NCBI GenBank assembly: GCA_002722735.1
Contig: PBMR01000005.1
Location: 1,570-65,569 of the forward strand
From: Methanobacteriota archaeon
GTDB taxonomy: Archaea > Thermoplasmatota > Poseidoniia > Poseidoniales > Thalassarchaeaceae
Reading direction: 5' to 3'
Length of the DNA: 64,000 bases
Part shown: piece by piece, positions 27,483-37,557 of the stretch
Layout: each line of letters opens with the position of its first letter
How positions within the stretch are numbered: position 1 is the stretch's first letter
The notes under the pieces: generated by a model
Told to the model about the DNA's origin: nothing
Seen by the model: only the letters and a program-made list of their open reading frames with translations
The model's database searches: none
Position numbers and translations under genes: made by a program

Positions 27483-30400
27483 ATGCAGCAGCCTTGCTCT
27501 GATTTGGTTGAATGTCAAGGGACGAAGAGAAGCAGCATCGTGCTCGTCTCGCTTATGCTGGTCAGCCTTCTCTCTGCCTTCGCTCCGACGGCTTCGGCTA
27601 CCGATATCGTACTCACCGATGCAATCCAAGTCGTCGACAGCGGTGCCCACAGTGACAGGATGATCGCGCTTGACGCCGACTCCGAAGGCAACATACACGT
27701 CGTTTGGAGTCGCAACACCAACCACCTGTACTACAAGATGCTCGACCCCAGGGGGGAGGCCCTAATCGAGCAGACCCAGATCTCTGATCCGGGCCAGCAA
27801 CGTGCATGGCATCCCGACATCAAAGTCGATAGTGACGATATGGTCCACATCGTCTGGACCGACAAGTCTGGCCAGTACACAATCATGTACACGCTTCTGG
27901 ACCCGTCTCTCGACGACCAGAACGGGGACGCGTCACTAGACTCGGTGCTCTCTATCTTGCCCGACGACTACGAGGTCACCAATAACCCCCAGAACCGCGA
28001 TTGGCCCGCAGTCGCCGTCGATTCCAATAACAACCCCCACATCGTTTGGGAGGACCACTTCGAGCCTCTGGAGAAGTTCTACCAGCAGCCACAGATATAC
28101 TACAAGATGCTCTCAATAGACCACATCGCTAGAATAGCTATTATCGAGATTGATGACTCACTATTGACGCCGATTCTTGGTCATAAGGGCCATCCTGACA
28201 TCGCCATTGATGTCAACGACTACGTCCAGATAGTGTGGGACGACACCAGAGGTGGAAAGGTCGAGATGGCCGTTCCCATCGACACCTCGGGATCAATGAA
28301 TACCGAATGGGCCGACATGTGCGTCGTGTTCTATGGTGGTAACTTTGCTAGTGGTGGATTCTTCCCTGGTCTCAAGCCCCTTCTAGTGAGCGCTAACATG
28401 ACAGTGTACGAGACCCTGTACGCACTCAGCGGCAATTGGCCGGCAGCGGCAACCAGCGGGGCCTGCTCCGAGGCCTATCAGACCGGTGGCTCGGGGAGCC
28501 AAGGACCGAGGAACTCTCCTCTGGGAATCAATCCCGGAGACGATTCGGGAGGTATCAGGGAACTGACACAGGTGGTCTACAACAACCAAGCAGTTGACCT
28601 TCCCGCCGATGGCGGCTACTACAGCGAGTTCTGGGGACCAGCCACAACTTGGGCCTGCTTGTCTTGGCGAGACATCGGTGGTAATGTTCCTGGCAACCCC
28701 CCCACTTCGGCAGACCATCACTGGAATCCCAATGCTACTAGGGTGGTAATCCCAATTTCGGACGAGGGCCCATACGGAGGTACGCCAATGGACAATGATG
28801 ACACCCAGAGCATCAATCAAGCCCACGACGCCTGCATAATCGCAGACATCGTCCCAGTCCCCCTATGGGCCGGCTCGGACACAAGCGTCGGCTCCTACAT
28901 GCAGGATCTCGCCCAGTGTCCGAACGGTGCGGGTCTGAACACCAGAACCTGCCCGGGCACGACGACCCGACTCACCAATGCGGGGGGCCAGATGTACAGC
29001 TTCCCAACCTCCTCCTCCTCGTCCACCGAGCTGGAGATCATGGTCGAGGCGATGGTATACCTCGCGACCAACAACTCCCGTGAAATCTACCTGACCGTTC
29101 TCGACCCACTTTCTCTCCTAGAAAATCCATGGCCCGGGTGGGTGCCGGGCGACCCGGGAACAGAGGTGAATACCCAATACCAATACTATTCCGAGGATCT
29201 GGGCCCCTCTTCGGATGACCAGGGATACGGCCATCTCGTGGTCGTGAACGACACTAGGATTACAATCGATGACGCCTACAGCCTCCATCCCGCAATTTCC
29301 ATCGACACTTCTGGAAACACCCATCTCGTTTGGCAGGACGGACGCGTCTACGGATTCGAGATTGATGTCAACTACGAGATCTACTACACTAAATTGAGAT
29401 TGCAAGGTTCAGCAGCCTGGAACGGTGCCCCAGGGGGCTTGCCAACCTTCGGAATCAAGCAGATTGCTGATGCTGCGATTTCCGATGTAGAGGGCCCCGC
29501 GGGAATTCCAGCTGAAAGGCCGTTCGCTGCCAATTCCCACTTTCCGGCGATAATCACCGACTCCTTCGATAACGTGCACATCGCGTGGCTCGACAACTAC
29601 AATGAGTCCCAAGGCGAGACCGTGATGTACACTAGGCTAAACCATACTAACGATGCCTACCCGGACGGCTTCCCACTGAATTCCATCGCCTCGTCAATCT
29701 TCGATCCTTGGCAAAAGGTCGAAGTTTCGGCATGGCAGTCAGACAAGTTAGGACCGAACACCCCCTTCTCCCCTGACTTTGGCATGCCCCCTGCCTTCGC
29801 TAACGATCTTGGAAGCGGTGCCCATCTGGGCTGGTCCGATACCAACAAGTGCAGTGAAGATCACAACTCAAACAGATACACTCTATGCTACGTTCACATT
29901 CTCACCGGATTGGTCGATGTCTCCCTTGCCTGCGACGACAAAGTTCAGGCAAACTCCAATCTTGAGGGCTACCCCTACGACTGCCCCGCTGAGGCCGAGA
30001 CGTTCTACCACACCATCCACCCGGGCGATCTCACTACCTTCAACATGACAATCGCCAATCCGACACCAGGTCCTGCTGATCTCGTCAAGGACACCTTCAC
30101 AGTCACCGTCGATGGCGTCCCGAACAACTGGACCGCCACACTGTTCTTCGCCACCAACAACACCCCGGTCTTCGACTCTACTCCAGTTTTCCTAGAGGGT
30201 GGGGAGATAGTACCGCTTTACATCAGAATCAGAGCCCCCACCATATATCAGGCCAAACAGGACGAATTGGCCCAGATTACGGTGTTGGCTACATCCCACA
30301 AGGATCCAGCGATACGCAACCAGCAACTGCTGCTGACTCTGATGGACGTAGTCCACGGCATAGAATTGGACACTAGTCACTTTCAGGTGGACGTGGAGCA

Positions 30401-32645
30401 GGGTAAGTCAGCTATCTTCTCCATCACCATCAAGAACACTGGAAATGTCTACGACACCTTCGCCTTCTACGACCCCTCCACCCTTGAGGGGCAGAACGAG
30501 TGGGCTCTGCCGTTCGGTTGGGGCTTGGACTTCCCGACCCTCCTCTCCCTCGATCCAGGCCAATCGATAACCAAGAATCTCAAGGTCAGCGTTCCAGAAT
30601 CGCAGGATCCCGGAACCTTCGTTATTTATCTCAAAGGATGGTCGATGGGAGAGCCGGTTCTGTCTATTGATAGGGGAACATTCGATGTCTTGGAGTTGTG
30701 GATCAACGTCTCGATACGTACTACGGGTAATATTGTCTTCCATATTGGTGACACCAAGCAGTACGTCTTACCCGGAGAGTGCGCCTACTTCGCTATCGAG
30801 GTAACCAAGCACTTCACACCCGGGCACATCGTCTTCACCACTCCCGGCGCCCCCATACAGAAGCCGGACTCCTTCGACCTTCTGACTTGGCAGTTCGACC
30901 ACTGGACCGTGGACCTCGACTTCTCCGAGGCGCCCGGTGGCAATTCTCCACCTGATAACGAACCGAGGTACTGGGCACAGATTGACACCCCGCATACCGT
31001 CACAGCCGAGATGTGTGCTCCATACAACGCCACGGCCGGCATAGGGAAATCCATCACCGTGCGCGCGCACCTCGATGGTTCTCCTAAAGTCCGCGATTCC
31101 GTGGTCATCCTCACGAATGTCATGCAGAGGTACGAGCTCGAGGCCGAGGTCCCCAACACCATCCTTGATCTCCACCCCGGCCAGTCGTACCAGTTGGATA
31201 CGACCGTCGATAACCTTGGCAATGGACCCGACCGATACGACATCTCGATAGCCTCCATCATCGATGCGAGCGGTGGCTCGCACGTATGGGACATGAATAT
31301 CCCCCGAATCCTCTTTCAAGAGTTGGACAGGGATGAGTCTCAGACCGTGACAATCCTAGTGAACGTCCCCGATCAGACGCTTGCCGGTGATTACACCGTC
31401 ACCTTCTACCTACTAAGCGAGGAAACGTTCGAGGGGACGAGAATTCAGGATGTGATTGTTCTGCGCATAAATATCGTGGAATTCCACGATATGAGAATTT
31501 CTCTAGACCCATCAGTTGAGAGCAAGATTAAGACCACTGCGCCGAGCAGGATTGTCAGATTCACCCTTAACGTCACCAACTACGGCAACGTACCCGACCA
31601 ACCCACACTCCACAACCACACTATCGATATCGCGGGCGTTTGGGGAGTTTCCCCAGGACTGTATGCACTGAGCACATGGCACATTGACTTCGCACTGCTT
31701 GAAGGATTCAGGACTGAATATCCCCTAGAGAACCCCTGTATCGAGATGATTGTGGGAGAGACGCCCCCGGATGGAGAATGCTTTGTCACACCTGATTTGA
31801 CAGTAACATTGCCCCTAATGGAGCCCTACACGACATTTCAGGTAGTTGTAATCGTCACCATAGCCCCCGACGCCGCCCTCCAGGACCGGTATATCGGCAT
31901 CAAGACGCTATCGATGTTCGGATCCTCTGAGTTCGGTGGTGACCACGACGAGACACCGATTTGGGACGACTCGTGCACTCTTGATACGAATAATGACGGT
32001 CTTCCGGACAACTATCCTCCGAATTGTGACTCCAATGAGCAGATTCTCGAACTGCGGCTAAGGGCCCCGGACCTACAGATCTTGGAAGTTCGTGCGGACC
32101 GTACAAAGGGAGAGATTGGCGAGATGCTATCTGTTAGCGTGAAGGTTGTCAACCGCGGCAATGCTCACGCGACAGACGTCAACATCATTCTTTGCAAGGA
32201 CCAGTCGATGACTGACATTAAACGGAAAGGTTGCGATGAGGCCAATATAGTCTACAGGCAAATCGTCAAGGCGATAATGCCGATAGCCGAATCCGATACG
32301 GAGCAACCGAATTCGATAACCCTCCTGTACATGGTTCTAGCCGGTAATCACGACATCGTAGTTGTAGTCGATCCTGATAACGTCATTGTAGAGACTGACG
32401 AGTCCATTGATAGCAACATGCGAAAAATACCCGGTGGAAAGATGAGCTCGACGCTCGGGGTAGTCGATGTTGGCGTCGATGTGATTGCAATATACTCCGT
32501 CCCAGTGATTATCCTCGGGGCGACGTTCTCCCTAGTTGGCGTCGCCGGATACGTCATTTACGGAAGGAGAATAGCCGCTATCAGTAGGTTTGCCGAGATG
32601 AGCAGCCTGCTCCCGGGAATGGAAGACGAGGGCCTGCGCTTCTGA
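27483..32645 (+). CDS. Large surface protein: beta-propeller with inserted vWA, Ig-like (NEW3-like) stalk, CARDB, C-terminal TM
   Basis: Signal peptide; seven P.I..D...HIVW.D repeats; DTSGS MIDAS; repeated N.GN..D; PDL..V.N.G..VVVDP.N.I.E.DE CARDB; TM near the C-terminus. Confidence 0.8.
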   Translation: MQQPCSDLVECQGTKRSSIVLVSLMLVSLLSAFAPTASATDIVLTDAIQVVDSGAHSDRMIALDADSEGNIHVVWSRNTNHLYYKMLDPRGEALIEQTQISDPGQQRAWHPDIKVDSDDMVHIVWTDKSGQYTIMYTLLDPSLDDQNGDASLDSVLSILPDDYEVTNNPQNRDWPAVAVDSNNNPHIVWEDHFEPLEKFYQQPQIYYKMLSIDHIARIAIIEIDDSLLTPILGHKGHPDIAIDVNDYVQIVWDDTRGGKVEMAVPIDTSGSMNTEWADMCVVFYGGNFASGGFFPGLKPLLVSANMTVYETLYALSGNWPAAATSGACSEAYQTGGSGSQGPRNSPLGINPGDDSGGIRELTQVVYNNQAVDLPADGGYYSEFWGPATTWACLSWRDIGGNVPGNPPTSADHHWNPNATRVVIPISDEGPYGGTPMDNDDTQSINQAHDACIIADIVPVPLWAGSDTSVGSYMQDLAQCPNGAGLNTRTCPGTTTRLTNAGGQMYSFPTSSSSSTELEIMVEAMVYLATNNSREIYLTVLDPLSLLENPWPGWVPGDPGTEVNTQYQYYSEDLGPSSDDQGYGHLVVVNDTRITIDDAYSLHPAISIDTSGNTHLVWQDGRVYGFEIDVNYEIYYTKLRLQGSAAWNGAPGGLPTFGIKQIADAAISDVEGPAGIPAERPFAANSHFPAIITDSFDNVHIAWLDNYNESQGETVMYTRLNHTNDAYPDGFPLNSIASSIFDPWQKVEVSAWQSDKLGPNTPFSPDFGMPPAFANDLGSGAHLGWSDTNKCSEDHNSNRYTLCYVHILTGLVDVSLACDDKVQANSNLEGYPYDCPAEAETFYHTIHPGDLTTFNMTIANPTPGPADLVKDTFTVTVDGVPNNWTATLFFATNNTPVFDSTPVFLEGGEIVPLYIRIRAPTIYQAKQDELAQITVLATSHKDPAIRNQQLLLTLMDVVHGIELDTSHFQVDVEQGKSAIFSITIKNTGNVYDTFAFYDPSTLEGQNEWALPFGWGLDFPTLLSLDPGQSITKNLKVSVPESQDPGTFVIYLKGWSMGEPVLSIDRGTFDVLELWINVSIRTTGNIVFHIGDTKQYVLPGECAYFAIEVTKHFTPGHIVFTTPGAPIQKPDSFDLLTWQFDHWTVDLDFSEAPGGNSPPDNEPRYWAQIDTPHTVTAEMCAPYNATAGIGKSITVRAHLDGSPKVRDSVVILTNVMQRYELEAEVPNTILDLHPGQSYQLDTTVDNLGNGPDRYDISIASIIDASGGSHVWDMNIPRILFQELDRDESQTVTILVNVPDQTLAGDYTVTFYLLSEETFEGTRIQDVIVLRINIVEFHDMRISLDPSVESKIKTTAPSRIVRFTLNVTNYGNVPDQPTLHNHTIDIAGVWGVSPGLYALSTWHIDFALLEGFRTEYPLENPCIEMIVGETPPDGECFVTPDLTVTLPLMEPYTTFQVVVIVTIAPDAALQDRYIGIKTLSMFGSSEFGGDHDETPIWDDSCTLDTNNDGLPDNYPPNCDSNEQILELRLRAPDLQILEVRADRTKGEIGEMLSVSVKVVNRGNAHATDVNIILCKDQSMTDIKRKGCDEANIVYRQIVKAIMPIAESDTEQPNSITLLYMVLAGNHDIVVVVDPDNVIVETDESIDSNMRKIPGGKMSSTLGVVDVGVDVIAIYSVPVIILGATFSLVGVAGYVIYGRRIAAISRFAEMSSLLPGMEDEGLRF

Positions 32646-33383
32646 CTATCGTGCCATCCACCAAGGCAGAGGCGTACTCTCATTGGCAGCGACGAAGGCT
32701 CCCCGGGTAGTTGCGAAATCCCTCATGAGTCGATCGCGCAGGCTGCTCATCATCCTCTCAGCGTGCACGGACTGGATTCGCAGCCCATGGGAGAACGCAT
32801 CGAGATCGAGGGGCCTCCTTGGATGGCTCATCATCGCATGTGCGAGCTGCCTTTCCTCATAGGATTCGGAATGCTCCTCAACGCTGGGCGAGACCTTGTG
32901 CATTACTTGCTGATGGAGCGCAATAATGGCATCCCGCTGCTCATCGACTCGCTCCAGAGCCGCATCCAATTCTGATAGGATGCTCATCGCATCGACCATA
33001 GGCAGCCTCCTGCGTGTTCCAATCCTTTCGACTACATCGCCTAAATCGCCAGGGAGCTTGCCCGAGAGCCTTATCGCCCCTCCTTTCGGCATCTTCCTGT
33101 GTTCGGCTCGAAACATATCTGGCCCTAGGTCAAGGCGAATCGAGAACGACTGGTTGACCCTGTAGACATTCTTCGGAGGCCCGCCTTTGTTGGATTTCAT
33201 CATCTCAGAGTCAACGAACCCGGCCCCCTCAAGCACCTTGAGGTGCTTTACGATGGCTTGCTGACTCACGTCTAGAAGCTCGGAGAGTTGCAAGGGGTAG
33301 TGAGGCTCCTTGACGAGACACTGCAGTATCTCCCTTCTGGTCGTATTCTCGAGTATGCTCAGAGACTCATCGAACCCGACCAC
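32646..33383 (-). CDS. ArsR-family HTH transcriptional regulator
   Basis: LEN.TRR.IL..L..EPHYPLQLS..L.VSQQAI.KHL..LE and GGPP motifs. Confidence 0.85.
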   Translation of the reverse strand: MVGFDESLSILENTTRREILQCLVKEPHYPLQLSELLDVSQQAIVKHLKVLEGAGFVDSEMMKSNKGGPPKNVYRVNQSFSIRLDLGPDMFRAEHRKMPKGGAIRLSGKLPGDLGDVVERIGTRRRLPMVDAMSILSELDAALERVDEQRDAIIALHQQVMHKVSPSVEEHSESYEERQLAHAMMSHPRRPLDLDAFSHGLRIQSVHAERMMSSLRDRLMRDFATTRGAFVAANESTPLPWWMAR

Positions 33384-33384
33384 C

Positions 33385-33411
33385 GACTTCCCAACCCGAG
33401 GTTGGGTAGTC
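33385..33411. promoter_or_regulatory. Imperfect palindrome directly upstream of the ArsR start, candidate operator
   Basis: GACT-t-CCCAACC-cga-GGTTGGG-t-AGTC between a TATA-like element (about 33420-33427) and GTG 33383. Confidence 0.4.
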
Positions 33412-33465
33412 AGAGTCCTCTAAAAACCCAATTGATTCGATTGCATATCGCCTACGATATGGCTT

Positions 33466-34224
33466 TCAGCCCTCGTCCCACTTCTTCCATCCATGTTCAT
33501 TTCCCTCAGCCTCAGCCTCTTGGGCCGGTGCCCCGACGTCGACGAAGGGGCCCGGAACGCCATCGAAGACCCCCGTCTCGAGTATCCCCCCGTCTCGAGC
33601 TTGCATTGTCTGAATGCTGTCCACATCGGTCAGGATGACACTACCGTCCTGGATTACCACGTACTGGTCGGGAGCCTTACGCTTGTCGCTCCACACCATC
33701 ACGGCGAGGACTAGCCCTACTAGGCCCAGTGGGAGGCCCACGCAGCATCCTATGTAGAACATGTATAACCATGGATTGCCATCGATCTGGGCTGCAAGGT
33801 CACCATCGTCCACCAGCCATAGTTGCAATGTCTCGGCATCGTTGTGCAGGGTGTAAGTACCCGGCCCCACTCCGGCGAAGATCCTGACCGGGGCATAGAA
33901 GGTCTTACTGTCGGAACCCGGGCGATCGGAGTCCAGAATTCCTGGAGCCCTGCCTCCAATTTCGCTTCCGCTCTGGTCAGACAATCTGAGATCAGCTTCT
34001 GGTGCCTCACCATCGCTCACTCGGAGAGCGGTTAGCACCGTGGCTTCGTCAACGGTGAATACTCCCTCTCCGCCCGGCCCCATCTTGACCACGTAGTTGG
34101 ATTCCGGGTCGAAGGTATTGATTAGGGTTGGATATACTTGGAATAGCGAAACAACGGCCACAACGAGCAGCAGAAATGAGGAGCCTGTGGCCCATCTAGC
34201 CCAGCGCCTCCTCTTTCCTGTCAC
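33466..34224 (-). CDS. Hypothetical two-TM membrane protein
   Basis: N-terminal TM, external domain, YIGCCVG plus TM, acidic tail. Confidence 0.72.
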   Translation of the reverse strand: MTGKRRRWARWATGSSFLLLVVAVVSLFQVYPTLINTFDPESNYVVKMGPGGEGVFTVDEATVLTALRVSDGEAPEADLRLSDQSGSEIGGRAPGILDSDRPGSDSKTFYAPVRIFAGVGPGTYTLHNDAETLQLWLVDDGDLAAQIDGNPWLYMFYIGCCVGLPLGLVGLVLAVMVWSDKRKAPDQYVVIQDGSVILTDVDSIQTMQARDGGILETGVFDGVPGPFVDVGAPAQEAEAEGNEHGWKKWDEG

Positions 34225-34262
34225 GGACCCGCCTGAAGCCAGCCATCTATCAGGCTTCGGAA

Positions 34263-35369
34263 TCAGTACCCCAGTCCCATAGCGGAGAGTTTCTCAGGAA
34301 GGTAGGTATCAGTCACGAAATCGAGGCCGTACTTGGCCAATGACTGCTGTTCGGCCTTCTTGCCGATTTCCTGCATCAGTTGAATCTGCTCCTGCCACCA
34401 ACCCGTCGAGAAGCGGGGGTCGCTGAGTTCTGCGACCAGCGCGTTCGAGTCTTGCTTGGATAGGTCATCGCTAGGAAGGTCATAGGCCAGGATGTCGTCT
34501 GCGGTAATCCCCAGATAGGTCGCCTCCTTGGTGGCGAGGTACTCCGAGATGTGAGCGGTCTTGATGGCACCGTAAGCAATGCTGGCAAATATCCTGAAGG
34601 ACCAAGGGTCACAGTCGGTGAACACCAGGATGGGCTTGTTCCACTGCTCGCTCATGCGCCTCATGATTCGTCGTGTGGAACGGGCTGGCTGGCCTTTGAG
34701 ATGCACAAGAGCGCACCGTGCTTCCTCATCGAAACCGTTCTCGACCAACCTATCGAACATTCCACCGGTCTCTATTGCCATCACAAAGTCAACATCCTCT
34801 TCGATGAGGCTCAACTTCTCCGACTCGACGTTGTAGGGCACGCCGTAGCCCGAGTCGCCGACGTCATCACGGCAGTTAATGCGCATCCAGTCACCCTTTC
34901 GATTCCGCTCTTCGAAAGTAACATTCCCGATAATTCGCGCACCGTCCTCCTCGGGCCTAAGCCCGAAGTCCTCACGCAGGCACTTGGTTACGATTTCTAG
35001 GTCCTCGGCAAGGTTGTTGCTCTCGTTCTGGGTCGAGAACTTGCCGTGGCCCCAACCCTCCGAGATGTAGTACATCTCCCTCAAGGTGGAGGTCTTTCCG
35101 TCGGTTATCATCCCCTCTACGAACTCGGTAATGTGAAGTGCCCTGAGTAATTGTCTTGCGGAACCCAGGGCGGTGGCATCCCTAACAGTCTTCTTCTTTC
35201 CGTACTTGTAGACTCCGAGCCTCTTGTCGAAGCCGATGTTGCTCTTTGACCTGACAGGGAGCGTCATCGTCGGGGGAACGCCCTTGGCCATCCTGTCGTG
35301 CATCTCAGAGGCCACCCCATGCAAGGCCTCAATCACCTCATCCTTCGATTTCTGCCTGTTGATCGTCAT
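34263..35369 (-). CDS. top6A: DNA topoisomerase VI subunit A
   Basis: TLREMYY active-site region, AIETGG, KGQPARSTR, DCDPW and KAEQQ motifs. Confidence 0.96.
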   Translation of the reverse strand: MTINRQKSKDEVIEALHGVASEMHDRMAKGVPPTMTLPVRSKSNIGFDKRLGVYKYGKKKTVRDATALGSARQLLRALHITEFVEGMITDGKTSTLREMYYISEGWGHGKFSTQNESNNLAEDLEIVTKCLREDFGLRPEEDGARIIGNVTFEERNRKGDWMRINCRDDVGDSGYGVPYNVESEKLSLIEEDVDFVMAIETGGMFDRLVENGFDEEARCALVHLKGQPARSTRRIMRRMSEQWNKPILVFTDCDPWSFRIFASIAYGAIKTAHISEYLATKEATYLGITADDILAYDLPSDDLSKQDSNALVAELSDPRFSTGWWQEQIQLMQEIGKKAEQQSLAKYGLDFVTDTYLPEKLSAMGLGY

Positions 35370-37444
35370 TCTTCCGCCTCGTAGTTATCGAATAGTGTAG
35401 GCTGCACCTGCTCCGTGGGTTCTGTTGCGGGGTCGGGGGAATTATGCTCGGCCCGGTCGCTTAGGTGACCCATCGTTTCTGTCTGCTGCTCCAACTCCAA
35501 TTCAGCAGCAGCCAGAGCCTCAGTCTTGCGCAGCTCATCTAGCAGCTTCTCGTCAATCTTCGTCGCACCAATAACCTCGCCATTACCCCTGTAGAAAACG
35601 TCGACCTCGGACCATTCGCCCTTGGTTAGGCCAGAAACAGTGAAGAAAATGGTCGTAGATGAACCAGGATTCAAGGTGTCTAACCTCCACGCCCACAGGC
35701 CCTTGGCCTCCTTCCTGCCCCCCAATGCGTTCTCATCAATCCTAACGCCATCTTCCTCAGGCCACTTAGCGAGAATCGTGTAAGCACGCGCTCTGGCGGT
35801 GTAGTTGTACACCGTGATTGAGCATATTGCAAGCTTTCGCTCATCGTCCCAATCAAGCTCCTCCTCGCAGAATACCGCATCCATGATCTTCGTGATCACT
35901 GGGGCGAGATCGGGCTCTTCCCTTGACAGCAACTGCGATGACTTCCTGGAAATCTCAGGAAGAATGATGTTGATCAGCTCGAACTTCTCCCGAGCCTTCT
36001 TCCTCTGTGAGTTCTTCTTCAGGTGATTCTTGAGACCCCTGCCTACCTCCAGCATCGCCAAGCGAATCTCCTCGAACACCTCCTCATTGTCGGCCACTGC
36101 CTCCTTTGCTTCGCTAGTGAACTGTACATTCGTGGAGGCAAGGTGGACGAGTACTGCAGCAGGCCCCTTTGGAATCCCACGACCGCCTGGGTGTTCCAAC
36201 CCATACCGCTTCCAATCGACCGCTTCCAGAGCTTTGGTGAGTAGGCAACCGCCCTGTTGGTACATCAGTGGGACACGATTGGCGAACCGTAGGACCTCGA
36301 TTGGTCCCTCGGCACTGAGGTTCCCACCAAACACTAGGCCGACTTCAATCTGGAACGGGTTGCCATTGCTCACCTTGGGATTACGTGTGATAGTGGAGGC
36401 AAACCGGGAATCGATGGCCTTTGAGAGCCCCTTCTTGATTAGCAGATCTTCGATGGGAGACAGGCAGTCGGTGGGAGGTGCGAGCAGTTTGACCTTCTGG
36501 AAGGCGGAGACCATCTCCTGGGCCTCTTCTGCCCTAATTCGTCTGGGCGTTCTACCCTCATCTATGCCCGCTGCGGCTAGGATATCACGTGCTGCGCGCA
36601 TGCTCACACCCGAGAAATTGTGTCGTAGGAAAGACGTCATCTTCCGCTCCTCTGCCTCACGGAGCAGCCTTTGGAGTGAACCGAGGTGAATTCCATGAGG
36701 ATGAGGCTTGATCTCACTGACCTCCCGCGGGAGCTTCTCGGTGGTCCTCGCCCAGTTCCCCTCCTCAATCATCTCGCCATTCCTGTCGCGGACCACTAGG
36801 GAGATGCTAGCGTGTGGATTCACTATGGATGTCATTCTGAGATACTGGTGCACGGACTGGCGCCCACGCTGGTACTTAGCCCTCATCACAGTCCTTATTC
36901 TCAGACCGTGCAACACAGGATCGCCTGTGAGGTCGTCAAGCCATATTTCACGGCGCTCCCCCGACTTAGTGGCCCTATTCTTCCTTGTGTCTATTCCTAG
37001 TTCAACATATACGGCAGAGGAGTCGCTGCCAATCTTCGAGATCACTTGAGTCTTCGATCCGGCGGTTAATTGGCTGTACATCACGACACCAGTGATGCCT
37101 ATGCCCTGCTGCCCTCTAGTCTGTCGGATTGCGTGGAAGCGCGAGCCGAGTAGGAACTTTCCGAAAACATTCTCGATGTCATTCCGAGGGATTCCTGGCC
37201 CGTTGTCCTGAGTGATGAGTTCGATCCGGTCGCCTTTCAGACGATTTATCTCGACTCTGATTTCGGGAAGAATACGAGTCTCCTCGCAGGCATCCAGAGA
37301 GTTGTCCACAGCCTCTTTCACGGCCGTGATAATGGATCTCTGTAGCGTGTCGAAGCCTAGAAAGTGCTTGTTCTTCTCGAAGAACTCGCTTATGGAAATC
37401 TGTTTCTGCTTGTTCGAAAACTGTTCTGAGGTCTCCACGCGCAT
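35366..37444 (-). CDS. top6B: DNA topoisomerase VI subunit B
   Basis: EFFEKNKHFLGF, EAVDNSLDACEE, DNGPGI, RGQQGIGI, KPHPHG and RFANRVPL motifs. Confidence 0.96.
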   Translation of the reverse strand: MRVETSEQFSNKQKQISISEFFEKNKHFLGFDTLQRSIITAVKEAVDNSLDACEETRILPEIRVEINRLKGDRIELITQDNGPGIPRNDIENVFGKFLLGSRFHAIRQTRGQQGIGITGVVMYSQLTAGSKTQVISKIGSDSSAVYVELGIDTRKNRATKSGERREIWLDDLTGDPVLHGLRIRTVMRAKYQRGRQSVHQYLRMTSIVNPHASISLVVRDRNGEMIEEGNWARTTEKLPREVSEIKPHPHGIHLGSLQRLLREAEERKMTSFLRHNFSGVSMRAARDILAAAGIDEGRTPRRIRAEEAQEMVSAFQKVKLLAPPTDCLSPIEDLLIKKGLSKAIDSRFASTITRNPKVSNGNPFQIEVGLVFGGNLSAEGPIEVLRFANRVPLMYQQGGCLLTKALEAVDWKRYGLEHPGGRGIPKGPAAVLVHLASTNVQFTSEAKEAVADNEEVFEEIRLAMLEVGRGLKNHLKKNSQRKKAREKFELINIILPEISRKSSQLLSREEPDLAPVITKIMDAVFCEEELDWDDERKLAICSITVYNYTARARAYTILAKWPEEDGVRIDENALGGRKEAKGLWAWRLDTLNPGSSTTIFFTVSGLTKGEWSEVDVFYRGNGEVIGATKIDEKLLDELRKTEALAAAELELEQQTETMGHLSDRAEHNSPDPATEPTEQVQPTLFDNYEAEE

Positions 37445-37557
37445 CCCTCCATCAAGTCCTCCAATGTCCTGATGACAAAGGGCTTGCTTTGGTAGCCCCA
37501 CTCGGCTCGCCGACCGCTCTTGAACAATCCCCCAATCAATGGCTTGGAGAAGCAGAA

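Noticed and set aside
27501-27511. GATTTGGTTGA shared near the starts of both giant surface genes (27501 and 59070)
   Set aside because: A single post hoc 11-mer match at inconsistent positions relative to the likely starts
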